A DNA stretch of 63,305 nt, the filler included, from Licmophora abbreviata (taxonomy: Eukaryota): NCBI GenBank assembly GCA_900291995.1. It is 14 parts of 14 records of this genome, joined end to end, with 100 filler letters (N's around TTAATTAATTAA, not from the genome) between each part and the next. Parts side by side here need not be neighbours in the genome. Positions count along the whole stretch, not along the records: positions 20,420 to 29,161 come from OLMU01004143.1; positions 29,262 to 40,968 come from OLMU01004145.1; 12 more parts are not named here. One strand, written 5' to 3'. The notes under the pieces were generated by a model. The model was not told where the DNA came from, made no database searches, and worked only from the letters and a program-made list of their open reading frames with translations. Each line of letters starts with the position of its first letter. Position 1 is the first letter of the stretch. This document shows, in pieces, positions 20,869-31,013 of the stretch. The position numbers and the translations under genes are program-made.

Positions 20869-23800
20869 CTACCCGGTCCGCTTTCTCGGGTCTGCGGTTT
20901 TCTTGGACGAAACCACAACTTCTCCTTCCTCCGCCGGACTGGTGGCCTTGCGCTTGCGCGGAGCTTCGGGTCTCAAAGTTGGCAAGGGGGGAAACGACAT
21001 CATGTGCCGATTATCTATAGCATTCGGCGCCATGTGGACAGGCACCAAGGCGTTGCGCTCGCGAGCATGCTCCACCAGTTGTCGCCAATACGGATTGACC
21101 GTGATACTGCGACAACGCGCAATGACGAACAAAAAGTGCTTGGCGCGGGTCAGTGCCACATTCATGCGCCGAACATCACTGAGGAATCCAATTCCGTGAC
21201 TTCCGGCGGCACGGACACAGGAAAAAATGACAATATTGGCTTCCCGACCTTGAAAGCCATCGACTGTATTGACTTCAACAAACTCGGTAAACTGGGAGCC
21301 CAGCAAGTCAGAAAAATCTCGTCTTAGCAAATTGGCTTGCTGTGCATATGGTGTAATTACCGCGACGCGCGACTGCGCCGACAGGCCGCCCGTGAGTTCT
21401 CTCAGTGATGAATACAAATGGGTTGCCAACTTTGCTTCTGCAGAGTTGGCCAAGCTTGTGCCGCCGCGTTCTTCTTGCGAGTCCAAATCGAGAACCGTGA
21501 AAGGCTGAAAGGCTTGAACTTTGGTCAGAACTACTCTCCGGAGAGGATTGCCGTACTCGGGGTGCACCACGTTTGGCCCATCCAACAAGTTTCCCCCGTA
21601 GAAGATTTCGCGAGGGAAATGAGAGATGGCAGGATTCATACGATACTGTTTGTTCAGCATGTAAACCTTGTGCCCAGCCTCTTCCAGACGTTGAAAGAGG
21701 CTTCGGTCATATTTCGTATTGCGCCCTGAGACATTGAAAATAGTAGCTGGAAGTTGCTGAGGATCGCCCACCAAGATGCTATGCTTCGATCCCAACTGCA
21801 ACGCCGACAGCGTCGCAGGTTCCACGCTCTGCGCCGCCTCGTCCACCACGACGACTTCGAACTTGGCAGCAGCTTCCAATACCCGATTTCCGGCACTTCC
21901 CAGCGTCGTCATGACCACATGGACCGAATCGAGAACGTGCGTTTCGAGCTGCTGTCGTACTTGAATCATATTGCGGGCGTTCTTGTTGCTGCCGACGGCG
22001 CCCCGGACGATAGTGCAACGCTCAAGCTTCGTCGTGACGGAATTATATTTTTCGACTAGCTTGACGATTTTGGATATGTGAGCTCGATACTCAGGCATGG
22101 AAGTCGCCTCATATTGAGTCTCGCCGGGTTCAGGAGGTGGCGGTACTTCAAATGTTGTTGCCTTCTCGTTGTGATTGACAAAATACACCCGTCCAGACTG
22201 CTCAAATGTGTTTTCATCAATCCGCATCTCCCAATCTTTCGAGAGAGGCCACGGACAGGCGGTCGTCAAGGCATGAATGCGCCGTCGCAGCCGGGTAATA
22301 TCGCTTTGCGTCCTCTGGAGCTCCATCTTGTACCCAGCAATGGATGATTCTAACCTCGCCAGGTCAAGATTCTCCGCTAAGATCGAATCTATCTTGCTCT
22401 CAAGTGCCACGTCCTTTACAGCAGCGCTCTGCCCATTGCCGACGCGAATCATGCTTGGATTGTAGCGTGCACCGCCTCCATCCTTGAATCCCTCCTCCAT
22501 GATCTTTAGAATGATATTGTCCACTGCTGCGTTGGATGGTGCACACACCAACAGACGCGGCTTTGCTCGGACAGCATGGTTCAAGGCAACTTTCCGATTC
22601 CCAACGTGCTTTGTATTACTCGCGATCTCACGAACTTCTTCATAATACTTGTTGAACTGTCGAATATGTAAACTGTTCAAGACTGCCACTAAAGTCGTAG
22701 TCTTCCCAGTACCTGGTGGGCCTTGTATTAACGTGAAGCCCCCTTCGCCGTAGTCAGAGGACGATGCCGATATTGCGGCTAGCTGAGACGAGTTGAACTT
22801 CTCCTTTGCATACTTTGTAAATCCCTTTCCGAGAGCATCGACCCCACCCATGGCATGAATCATAGAACGCTTACTCTTGTTGGCAGCTAGGGAGGCGTGC
22901 TGCGATTGTCTGGACGGATCCGTGGGCGCCAGATGTTGACCCAATAGAAATCTCTTAAGAGGAATGGACTCGACGCGACACAACGCGGTGAATTCACGCA
23001 AGGCCGTCACATTGGACCCCAAAGGCAAAAGGCGCATAGCTTCGTCTGTCGTTTCGTGAATAATCGCCCACCATCGTTTGGATACTTTCAGCTGCAGTCC
23101 ATCAAGGGAGCTGCGAGATTGTTCGGCATGTCCAACCAATCCGTATTTTCTCATGGTCGATGCATCACTATCGGTCAACTCGCCCGCATACAACGCACGC
23201 TCCACAGCATTGAAGTGTCGCTCAGGAACCAGCAAGAATAAATCATGAGGAAAGACTTTGAATCGGTTCGCATTCTTGTCTTGTCGATCGCCGAGTCGCA
23301 ACACAATTGTGATGTAGTCCAGCATCGTCGATCCCCCAAGACCACTCATACTGCTCATGCCAGAGCCACCACCACGACTCGGCATGACCAAAACGCTACT
23401 CCACTCCCCACCATTACCCCTGTCGTTGTTGAAATTCTTTCGACGAGGTAGTTTGAAACTCATGATTTCCTGTAGCAATTGTGCTCTCGTTTCTGCCAGA
23501 CACAGAGGAGCCCATGCCGCCATGTAGTGCCTGTGCGAGACGAAAATATCAGGCAGTGGCTTATGTGTAGCAGTATTGACATGTTGATGCAAGTCGGCAT
23601 TGGTGCTATCGCCACTCTTTTCCTTCACAATGGCCGTCAGTAAATCCCAGTCTCTCAAATTTCTCCAAAAGTCGTCCGGCTCTAGTTGTCCATAGGATGT
23701 AGAAGCCAAATCTGCCCCAACGGATGCTATGGAGGATCCATTGCTTTGTGCTAGAGACGCCACCGAAGAAGCCCACTGGGAAAGCTTGCTGCTCGTAGCA

Positions 23801-24249
23801 GCTGATGTGCTACTGGCAGTGCCGCCGGACTTGTCACTCTTGGTTGAGGCCCCACCGTTACCAGCGAGCCGACTCCGCGCTTGAATCAGAACGGCTGCCG
23901 CGGTTGTCGGAGGCGGGGGCTGTGGTGGTCCTGAGCTGCTTTTGAAGGATGTCGGTCGTTTTCGTACTGCTGGTCGTTTCTTGGGAATACTAGCAGCAGA
24001 TTTGGAAGCTATCTTTGTAGGTTCATCCGTGAGGTCAATCCTCACTCCTGTTCTCTTCTGCGGAGGCGGCGGCTTCATTTTCGTTGGTCTGTTGGCAGCA
24101 CTGGCGCTCCACCCAGCGGTAGCTCGACTTCCTGTAACATTCTTAGTCACAGCACCGCCGCTGCTGTCCCCATGTCCACCTTGTTGCTTGAGACGTGCCG
24201 CTACTATGCGCTGTTGCTCCAAGATTTGGGCTGCTCGGTCGTCGGACAT
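20869..24249 (-). CDS. Sen1/senataxin-like SF1 (UPF1-family) helicase with internal WW domain
   Basis: LIQGPPGTGKTT, LLVCAPSNAAVD, VVVDEAAQ, LVGDPQQLP, QYRM, NTVDGFQGRE, RRMNVALTRAK. Intronless 1126 aa. Confidence 0.93.
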   Translation of the reverse strand: MSDDRAAQILEQQRIVAARLKQQGGHGDSSGGAVTKNVTGSRATAGWSASAANRPTKMKPPPPQKRTGVRIDLTDEPTKIASKSAASIPKKRPAVRKRPTSFKSSSGPPQPPPPTTAAAVLIQARSRLAGNGGASTKSDKSGGTASSTSAATSSKLSQWASSVASLAQSNGSSIASVGADLASTSYGQLEPDDFWRNLRDWDLLTAIVKEKSGDSTNADLHQHVNTATHKPLPDIFVSHRHYMAAWAPLCLAETRAQLLQEIMSFKLPRRKNFNNDRGNGGEWSSVLVMPSRGGGSGMSSMSGLGGSTMLDYITIVLRLGDRQDKNANRFKVFPHDLFLLVPERHFNAVERALYAGELTDSDASTMRKYGLVGHAEQSRSSLDGLQLKVSKRWWAIIHETTDEAMRLLPLGSNVTALREFTALCRVESIPLKRFLLGQHLAPTDPSRQSQHASLAANKSKRSMIHAMGGVDALGKGFTKYAKEKFNSSQLAAISASSSDYGEGGFTLIQGPPGTGKTTTLVAVLNSLHIRQFNKYYEEVREIASNTKHVGNRKVALNHAVRAKPRLLVCAPSNAAVDNIILKIMEEGFKDGGGARYNPSMIRVGNGQSAAVKDVALESKIDSILAENLDLARLESSIAGYKMELQRTQSDITRLRRRIHALTTACPWPLSKDWEMRIDENTFEQSGRVYFVNHNEKATTFEVPPPPEPGETQYEATSMPEYRAHISKIVKLVEKYNSVTTKLERCTIVRGAVGSNKNARNMIQVRQQLETHVLDSVHVVMTTLGSAGNRVLEAAAKFEVVVVDEAAQSVEPATLSALQLGSKHSILVGDPQQLPATIFNVSGRNTKYDRSLFQRLEEAGHKVYMLNKQYRMNPAISHFPREIFYGGNLLDGPNVVHPEYGNPLRRVVLTKVQAFQPFTVLDLDSQEERGGTSLANSAEAKLATHLYSSLRELTGGLSAQSRVAVITPYAQQANLLRRDFSDLLGSQFTEFVEVNTVDGFQGREANIVIFSCVRAAGSHGIGFLSDVRRMNVALTRAKHFLFVIARCRSITVNPYWRQLVEHARERNALVPVHMAPNAIDNRHMMSFPPLPTLRPEAPRKRKATSPAEEGEVVVSSKKTADPRKRTG

Positions 24250-24747
24250 GACAAATATTTCTCACCCCAAAATTGAATTTCCAATTTCTTTCTCTCTTGT
24301 CAGTTAAGCTACCAATTCGAGAATCGGAACTACAGATCGGCCAGTTCTTTAACACAGCGTCGTTGTCGTCTCGGACAACGTGCCATAGAACGACCGCGAT
24401 TTGATTTGATTCATTCGCGATTCGCAAGGTCGTGTTCAATTTTGAGTTTGCAGTTTATTTTTCTCATAAGAGACCTCGTCGTTGAAACACGCAGACACGA
24501 TCGATACACGGACACCATACTACACCGCCTGCTCACAAACCACACAAAGATCTTTCGGATTCGGTGTCACGCTTTGGCGCCAAAAGTGACCCAAAAGCTC
24601 AGAAAGTTCTCGTTGAAGAACGGCATCAAAAGCCACAACGAACACAACGAGGTTCACGTCACTTCTACTCACCTGCAACGCCCGGGACTATTCTAGTCTT
24701 TTACACAGATCCTACTTTCATACTTCCTGGACCCCATCGAAGCAACC

Positions 24748-25476
24748 ATGTCGTCGACAAAGAGGCCCGCTCGCTTCACCATGGAAGGCATGATCTACAC
24801 CGCCGACCAAGTTCTGACTTCCGCGTTGGACCCGAGCCACTCGGGAATTCCGAAAGATCTCTTCAGCCGCTGCCGTGGTGTCGTCTTGATGCAGGTCGTG
24901 ACGGCCGGCCTCGTCTTCTCCGGGACAGGAGGCACGGGTGTCATGATGGCCAGGTCCAAGACGGACGGTCACTGGAGCCCCCCGTGCGCCGTCAACCTCG
25001 TGGCGTACGGAGGAGGCGCCATTGCCGGGGCCGACGTCAGTCATACGCTAACTTTCGTTATGGACCTTGAAACCATGAAGGAGTTTGCCAGCCAGCCGCA
25101 GACTAGGTTCAGTGCGAATGCGACCATCACGATTGGAAAGCACAGTAGAGATGAAGCCATCGGTGAGGAAGCTCCCAACGAAGGTTCCATTACGGTTAGC
25201 TTCAAGAAGGGCGCCATGCTGGGAGCTGGTCTCAACTTGGGTACGATGGGCATCTGCAATGAAGTCAACCAAAAGTTCTACGGCGACAAGATGAAGGGAT
25301 CGGTCATTCTTTATGACCAGGCAGTCGAGGTTCCGGCCGACCGCGGCATCGCTGAACTTCATGAGAAGCTCAAGATGCTCGAAGGAGGAGGCACGTGGGT
25401 GCCAACCCCCGCGGACGTGGAAAAGTCGGAGAAGCTCATGGTTGAAGCGGAAAAGAGTGCCGAGATGGAGACGTAA
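24748..25476 (+). CDS. SYLF / Ysc84 actin- and lipid-binding domain protein (SH3YL1-like, no SH3)
   Basis: IPKDLFSRCRGVV...AGLVFSGTGGTGVMMAR...WSPPCA...N.KFYG pattern. Confidence 0.88.
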   Translation: MSSTKRPARFTMEGMIYTADQVLTSALDPSHSGIPKDLFSRCRGVVLMQVVTAGLVFSGTGGTGVMMARSKTDGHWSPPCAVNLVAYGGGAIAGADVSHTLTFVMDLETMKEFASQPQTRFSANATITIGKHSRDEAIGEEAPNEGSITVSFKKGAMLGAGLNLGTMGICNEVNQKFYGDKMKGSVILYDQAVEVPADRGIAELHEKLKMLEGGGTWVPTPADVEKSEKLMVEAEKSAEMET

Positions 25477-26322
25477 TAAAAACACTATGGGTCGTGCGTA
25501 CGGATTGGTATTTTGTGTTTGCGTACTTTTTTTGGTTTGTTCGGAGTGTGTGTGGCTTTCTGCATGCCGAGTTTGGCGTCTTTTAAATAGTGCAAGTCGT
25601 GAAGTGCAAACTACGCTGCTTTTATCAGTATCTGCCTAAGAACTAGCTACTGAAAGTTTATTTGAGAACTAGGAAGCCCCCCTCAAAGAAAACCTGCAAT
25701 GGACTCACTCGGCAAAAGCAAACTCGAGTTCTGAAATTCATTCTAGCCTTATGCTCAGAATCCCGCTTTCCTTTCCGCACTGGATGCTGCAGAAGCTCAT
25801 TCACTTTTTCTCTAGTTGTGGGGTCGTGAACTCGCACGCTTTACAGCTGCTATCATCATGTATCATGCTACTGTACCAACCAAGGTGTTGGGACGAACAG
25901 ATCGCTTCTTAATTGGCTCATGACTACTTCGAAACTCTCATCCGACAAGGTCGAGCCCTTCTTCGCGCGATGAGAGCGTGTGTGGGAACGCGCAGCGTTG
26001 AAAACTAAACTGGAACCACGCTCTGCATACCTTACGTATAGATGTGTCATGATGACCATGGTGTAGACGACGTCAGCAGTCTAGAGTAGTGCTGACGGAG
26101 AATTCATTGTCCATTAGATAATGCAAGTCGAAACGGTGATATGTTGGCCCATGATGGCATGAGTAAACACGCAGAATAATGGAGACTGGAAAGCCTTGGC
26201 GACGGCGCCCTCCAAGTACCGGCGACGGAGGATCCCTCTCCATCACGGCGGATTTACAAAGCACTTCTGTCCGACCTTCATCGTTAGTCGGGACAGACCT
26301 TGATATCCGCAGCGATTGCAGG

Positions 26323-27269
26323 ATGAAAAGAGTTTTTCGTACTCTCAACCAGAGGGGTCGAGGCGCTGTGATTGTCACGAGTCTCCTGCTTGCAGTTTCT
26401 GTCGTGGTAACTCGTGCGCGTCTGCTCTCGTTCATTGGGATTTCCATTCCTGATAGCCCTGTGGAGCGATTGGACACAATTACACTTTTCAACGAGACGC
26501 AGTGTTCCAGAAACGATTTCGACTGTGTTTCTGCCAAGATTCCCGTCCACCCCAATGCTCACGGGTGCAACAGCTTTGTCTTTTCGTCTCACCACAAGAC
26601 TGGACACACACTATCACTACAGATCTTGAGAGGCATGTGCCCCCAACCCAAGGATCGAGTACGCATTGCACTCCATGGATATAAAACGCATACGAAATTT
26701 CAGCCGCTAGGATTCCTGCGCAAAGCCAAACCAAGTCAGTATGTCAAAGGCAAGCCGTTCGTTCACTTTATTCGAGACCCCTTGGAGACAGTCGTTTCGG
26801 CGTATCAGTACCATCTTGTGAGCGACGAAAAGTGGTTGCGGAGATCAGGCTATCAAGAGAGATTACGGAACGCGACTGTCGATGACGGTGTGGAGATGGA
26901 GTTTCACAGATCGGTGAATGACGCGATCAACAAGGCAGTCAAAATGCACGAGTTCTTACGACAACCGAGTGTACAGCAGATGGGTTTACAGTTCGAATGG
27001 AGCAGCTACGAGACGAGTTTGAGTTCCGGGCAACCGTGTACGCCTTAGAAAAGTGGCTTCGTATGCCGGGTCATATGTCTTGGGAGCTGCTTCAAAAATG
27101 TTGCTATGTTTCCAGTTCCGTGCGAGAGGAAGGCCAAAACCATGTCAGCAAGGTCGACGAGAAGGATGAACTTCGGAAAAAAGTCATGTCGCAACATGGA
27201 GACGCGATACGAGACGCCCGGCGTCGGCTTGGATTCCCACAGGTTGGATTAGAGATTCTGAAACAATGA
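26323..27269 (+). CDS. Sulfotransferase-like type II membrane protein, paralog A (frameshift ~26975)
   Basis: TM anchor, SSHHKTGH (PSB-like loop) and VHFIRDPLETVVSAYQYH (3'-PB-like). GTACAGCAGAT versus the paralog's GTACAAGCAGAT shows one missing A. Confidence 0.78.
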
Positions 27270-27734
27270 ACGATGCTCGCTCTCGATATTAACCTACGAA
27301 GAATGCTCTCGGTAGCTACCGTGTGGCGTTGCCGACCCCTTTCAGCTGCTCTGCCGTTTTGGCTCTCCAATCTTGTAAGTGGCGTGCAGCTTATCTAACG
27401 AGCCGTCTAATTTCTAGTCTAATCTAACTGTCAGCGCTGGAACCATCATCGATCGCATGCATCGAACCACCCCTACTGAACCAGGAGGTATGATGACTAT
27501 CGTATAGTCTACCAGTACAGTGTACCGGTTTCGCTCAAGCACGCGCTCTGTGCATGATGTGCGCGATGTTGAATGAGAAAAAAATTAAAAATAGCGCGCC
27601 TTCGATGTTTCCGCCTGTCCCAAAAATGCTGAACATGTGAATTTGTCCATGCGCATTGTCTTTCAACTTTCGCAATGCATGTAGTCGATCCACACTTTCC
27701 TCTCTTCGGTCTTCCAGAGTAGTCACTAGTAAAG

Positions 27735-28703
27735 ATGCCCCTATCGACCATGTTACGCCAAAAACACGGTTTTGTCGTTCTGACCCTCCTCGTTTTGTGG
27801 GTCCTCTTCATGTATGCACCGCAACGCCGCGGTTCCAAACTAGATCAACGCTCTCCTGAACTGAGGAGTGCTTTCTCGAGCCATTCACTTGACTCGCTGG
27901 ACACAATTACACTTTTCAACGAGACGCAGTGTTCCAGAAACGATTTCGACTGTATTTCTGCCAAGGTTCCCGTCCACCCCCACTCGAACGGGTGCAACAG
28001 CTTTGTCTTTTCGTCGCACCACAAGACTGGACACACACTATCACTACAGATCTTGAGAGGAATGTGCGCCAGTCCAGTTGATCGAGCACAGATTCAATTG
28101 TATGGCTACGGAGGGCATGTAATTTCCAAGCCGCCCGGGTTCCTGCGCAAAGCCAACCCAAGTCAGTATGTCAAAGGCAAGCCGTTTGTTCACTTTATTC
28201 GAGACCCCCTGGAGACAGTCGTATCTGGCTATCAATACCATCTTGTGAGCAACGAAAAGTGGTTGCGGAGATCAGGCTATCAAGAGAGATTACGAAACGC
28301 GACTGTCGATGACGGTGTGGAAATGGAGTTTCAGCGGGCGATGGCGGACCCGCTGCGCCAGGCAGTGACGATGCACGAGTTCTTACGACAAACGAGTGTA
28401 CAAGCAGATGGGTTTACAGTTCGAATGGAGCAGCTACGAGACGAGTTTGAGTTCCGGGCAACCGTATACGCCTTGGAAAAGTGGCTTCGTATGCCGGGTC
28501 ATATGTCTTGGGAGCTGCTTCAGCAGTGCTGCTACGTTCCTGGCTCTGCACGAGAGGAAGGCCAAAAGCATGTCAGCAAGGTCGACGAGAAGGATGAACT
28601 TCGGCAAAAAGTCATGTCGCAACATGGGGACCAGATACGGGAGACCAGGCGTCTGCTTGGTTTCCCCCTGGTGGGACTAGAGATGCAGAAGGAACGTGCA
28701 TAG
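27735..28703 (+). CDS. Sulfotransferase-like type II membrane protein, paralog B
   Basis: Intact 322-aa ORF and tandem duplicate of paralog A with the same motifs. Confidence 0.82.
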   Translation: MPLSTMLRQKHGFVVLTLLVLWVLFMYAPQRRGSKLDQRSPELRSAFSSHSLDSLDTITLFNETQCSRNDFDCISAKVPVHPHSNGCNSFVFSSHHKTGHTLSLQILRGMCASPVDRAQIQLYGYGGHVISKPPGFLRKANPSQYVKGKPFVHFIRDPLETVVSGYQYHLVSNEKWLRRSGYQERLRNATVDDGVEMEFQRAMADPLRQAVTMHEFLRQTSVQADGFTVRMEQLRDEFEFRATVYALEKWLRMPGHMSWELLQQCCYVPGSAREEGQKHVSKVDEKDELRQKVMSQHGDQIRETRRLLGFPLVGLEMQKERA

Positions 28704-29101
28704 TATACCAAACTACAATCTATCGTGGGGGTGCGCATAAGAGCTATGATGAGAACAGAAGGTCTCAAGCGTGGCGTCCTTGGCTATTGTAGCTACTCTC
28801 GCTTCTATATATCGAGCGAACAGGGGGGCCCAGCGCACCCCATTCCCTAGCTAGTGTTTCGACCCAAGGATGCTTGGATGCAGGAAATCGATAGTGTGAA
28901 CCCTTCTTTTTCTCCTGTGCAGAGTCTGCCGTGTGTACGTGGATTCGGCCGACGCCCGGGCGACTCGCCGCGGGATGCTGGCGGCGGCGATGGGATGCGC
29001 TATATGATCCTGATGGTTGCATGATGGTGGCAAGACGCTAAACTGCAGTCTATTCGAGCGGGCGCGCCTGGCACTCTATCACTATGAAGTATCCTGCACT
29101 C

Positions 29102-29161
29102 GCGTGGACAGCTGTGCTGATTGGCTCGTTGAAAGCGGCGTGGACAGCTGTGCTGATTGGC
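29102..29161. repeat. 24-bp direct repeat at a contig end
   Basis: GCGTGGACAGCTGTGCTGATTGGC at 29102..29125 and 29138..29161 (period 36). Confidence 0.85.
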
Positions 29162-29470
29162 NNNNNNNNNNNNNNNNNNNNNNNNNNNNNNNNNNNNNNN
29201 NNNNNTTAATTAATTAANNNNNNNNNNNNNNNNNNNNNNNNNNNNNNNNNNNNNNNNNNNNCTCGGCGTACCTCGGCACCAGACGACGGGCATCCATCGT
29301 CGTCTTTCAAGAGGAGATACGTTCGACCCTGTGTCATGACCATTCCAGCGGGTGACGCCACGCGCATTGGGATTCGACCGTCCGACCGTTACAGGAATAA
29401 TGAATAGAGAAGGCCATACCAAACGAAGGGCAAGGGAATGCCGGAATACTGCAAGCCTACAGACTTTTTC

Positions 29471-30634
29471 TTATTCCTTCTTTAGACGTTCCTTGGTGTC
29501 GCGCACAACGGGGGGATGCGTCGAATGCATCCACAAACTGACTCCAGCCAAGGCCCCTCCCACAATCTGTTCCCGAGACACGCCCTTGCCTGCGAGTCCC
29601 TGCACGATGCCACTCAACAGGATTCCAAACATGAGGGCAAATCCCTTGCGCACGCTGCCGGCATATTTTGTGACCAGTCCAACCAGGATACCACCGACGG
29701 CGTTGGTCGTAATGGGAATGAATGTGTAGGATGTCCATCCCGTCCAGAATCCCTCTGAATATATGGCTTGGCCGTCCGGACTAAACACGAAACTGACCAA
29801 GATCACTAGTACACTGGCCATACACAGCTCCATGCTAAACAACATGGGATTGCGTTGCTTCTGTTGAAGATTGTATTGCGATAATGCCCCTGCCAATCCA
29901 CTCAGATAACTGGCCAGCATTATCGGTGCCACACCGTGTGTCACGTGGCGACTATGGTTCTGCAACGAAAACCTGTCCCACATCGAAAGGACACGCTCGC
30001 CATCGCCGCTGCTGCTCCCCCTCGACACTACCATCGACACTAGACTCTCCACGGTGACAACTCGTTCCATAACGAGCGCTGCTAGTAGCAAGAGGAAAAG
30101 AGACAGAATCTGCATTCGGCTCTGCGGTTTGCCCATGACGAGGTAGCAATTCAACGCCGCCGAAAGGGTCTTGGTCTGATTGAGAACGATAAAAGTAAGA
30201 GCATCGAGGTTTTGATAGGCCATGAGCGCCGCCATATTTTGAACCGCATAGAGTGCTGCAGGAACACCGGCAACTTGTATCCAATTTTGTATGGACCAGT
30301 CTTTCTCAGAAATGAGAGGCACCGTGAAATGATCGATGTGAGTGTCAGTGCGACGACAGTGTCTCATCATCATCATCATCATCATCACTTTATCAAAACA
30401 CATGATGCACGCACCTTTCAATGCCTGTTTTCTCTGTCCACTGATTATGAGCATAGTATACGCCAATCCGAACTTGATCGTTTCTTGTACCAAGACGACC
30501 GTGCTTCTGTGGCAATCCTCGGACGTGTACTGTCGAGTGAGATTCGGCTGCATCCCAAACTGCAGCGCCAACAGCGCCATGCTCAAAATGGACGCCATGG
30601 CATTGTTTTTATCACTAGGAGAAGTAGAAGGCAT
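29471..30634 (-). CDS. Nucleotide-sugar transporter, SLC35A family (UDP-Gal/UDP-GlcNAc/CMP-Sia type)
   Basis: VPAALYAVQN...NLDALTFIVLNQTKTLSAAL, and NAVGGILVGLVTKYAGSVRKGF. In-frame intron 30301..30414. Confidence 0.9.
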   Translation of the reverse strand: MPSTSPSDKNNAMASILSMALLALQFGMQPNLTRQYTSEDCHRSTVVLVQETIKFGLAYTMLIISGQRKQALKGACIMCFDKVMMMMMMMRHCRRTDTHIDHFTVPLISEKDWSIQNWIQVAGVPAALYAVQNMAALMAYQNLDALTFIVLNQTKTLSAALNCYLVMGKPQSRMQILSLFLLLLAALVMERVVTVESLVSMVVSRGSSSGDGERVLSMWDRFSLQNHSRHVTHGVAPIMLASYLSGLAGALSQYNLQQKQRNPMLFSMELCMASVLVILVSFVFSPDGQAIYSEGFWTGWTSYTFIPITTNAVGGILVGLVTKYAGSVRKGFALMFGILLSGIVQGLAGKGVSREQIVGGALAGVSLWMHSTHPPVVRDTKERLKKE

Positions 30635-31013
30635 GCTGTATCGATGCTTTTTAGAGAGGGACAAGGGAGACCGGCGACACAAACACCCCAAATCCCATGG
30701 CTCCGGCGTCGACGAAACAAAATGTGACACGCGTTGTGGATGTGTGTGTGGTCGGTGGAGGTGCGAGAACGACTCATGACTAACACAATGGATACACGAA
30801 TACAATCAATCAGGTCAGTCCCGTTCGTGTCTCGCTTGGCGCGTATCATGAGGCCAGTAGTTTATAGCCGGTACATGTACGTACTGTGTTTGGTCTCATC
30901 GTAACTATTTGGATGTACAGATGAGACGGAACATAACACATCGCAATTGCTCATACGCTTCAGGGAATAGAGTATTCTCTAGAGGTAACTCACAGCTGCC
31001 CGTCTCCATTGAA

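Noticed and set aside
26323..27269. Paralog A as a pseudogene
   Set aside because: Only a one-base A-run difference, the same error type as in unrelated conserved genes in this window.
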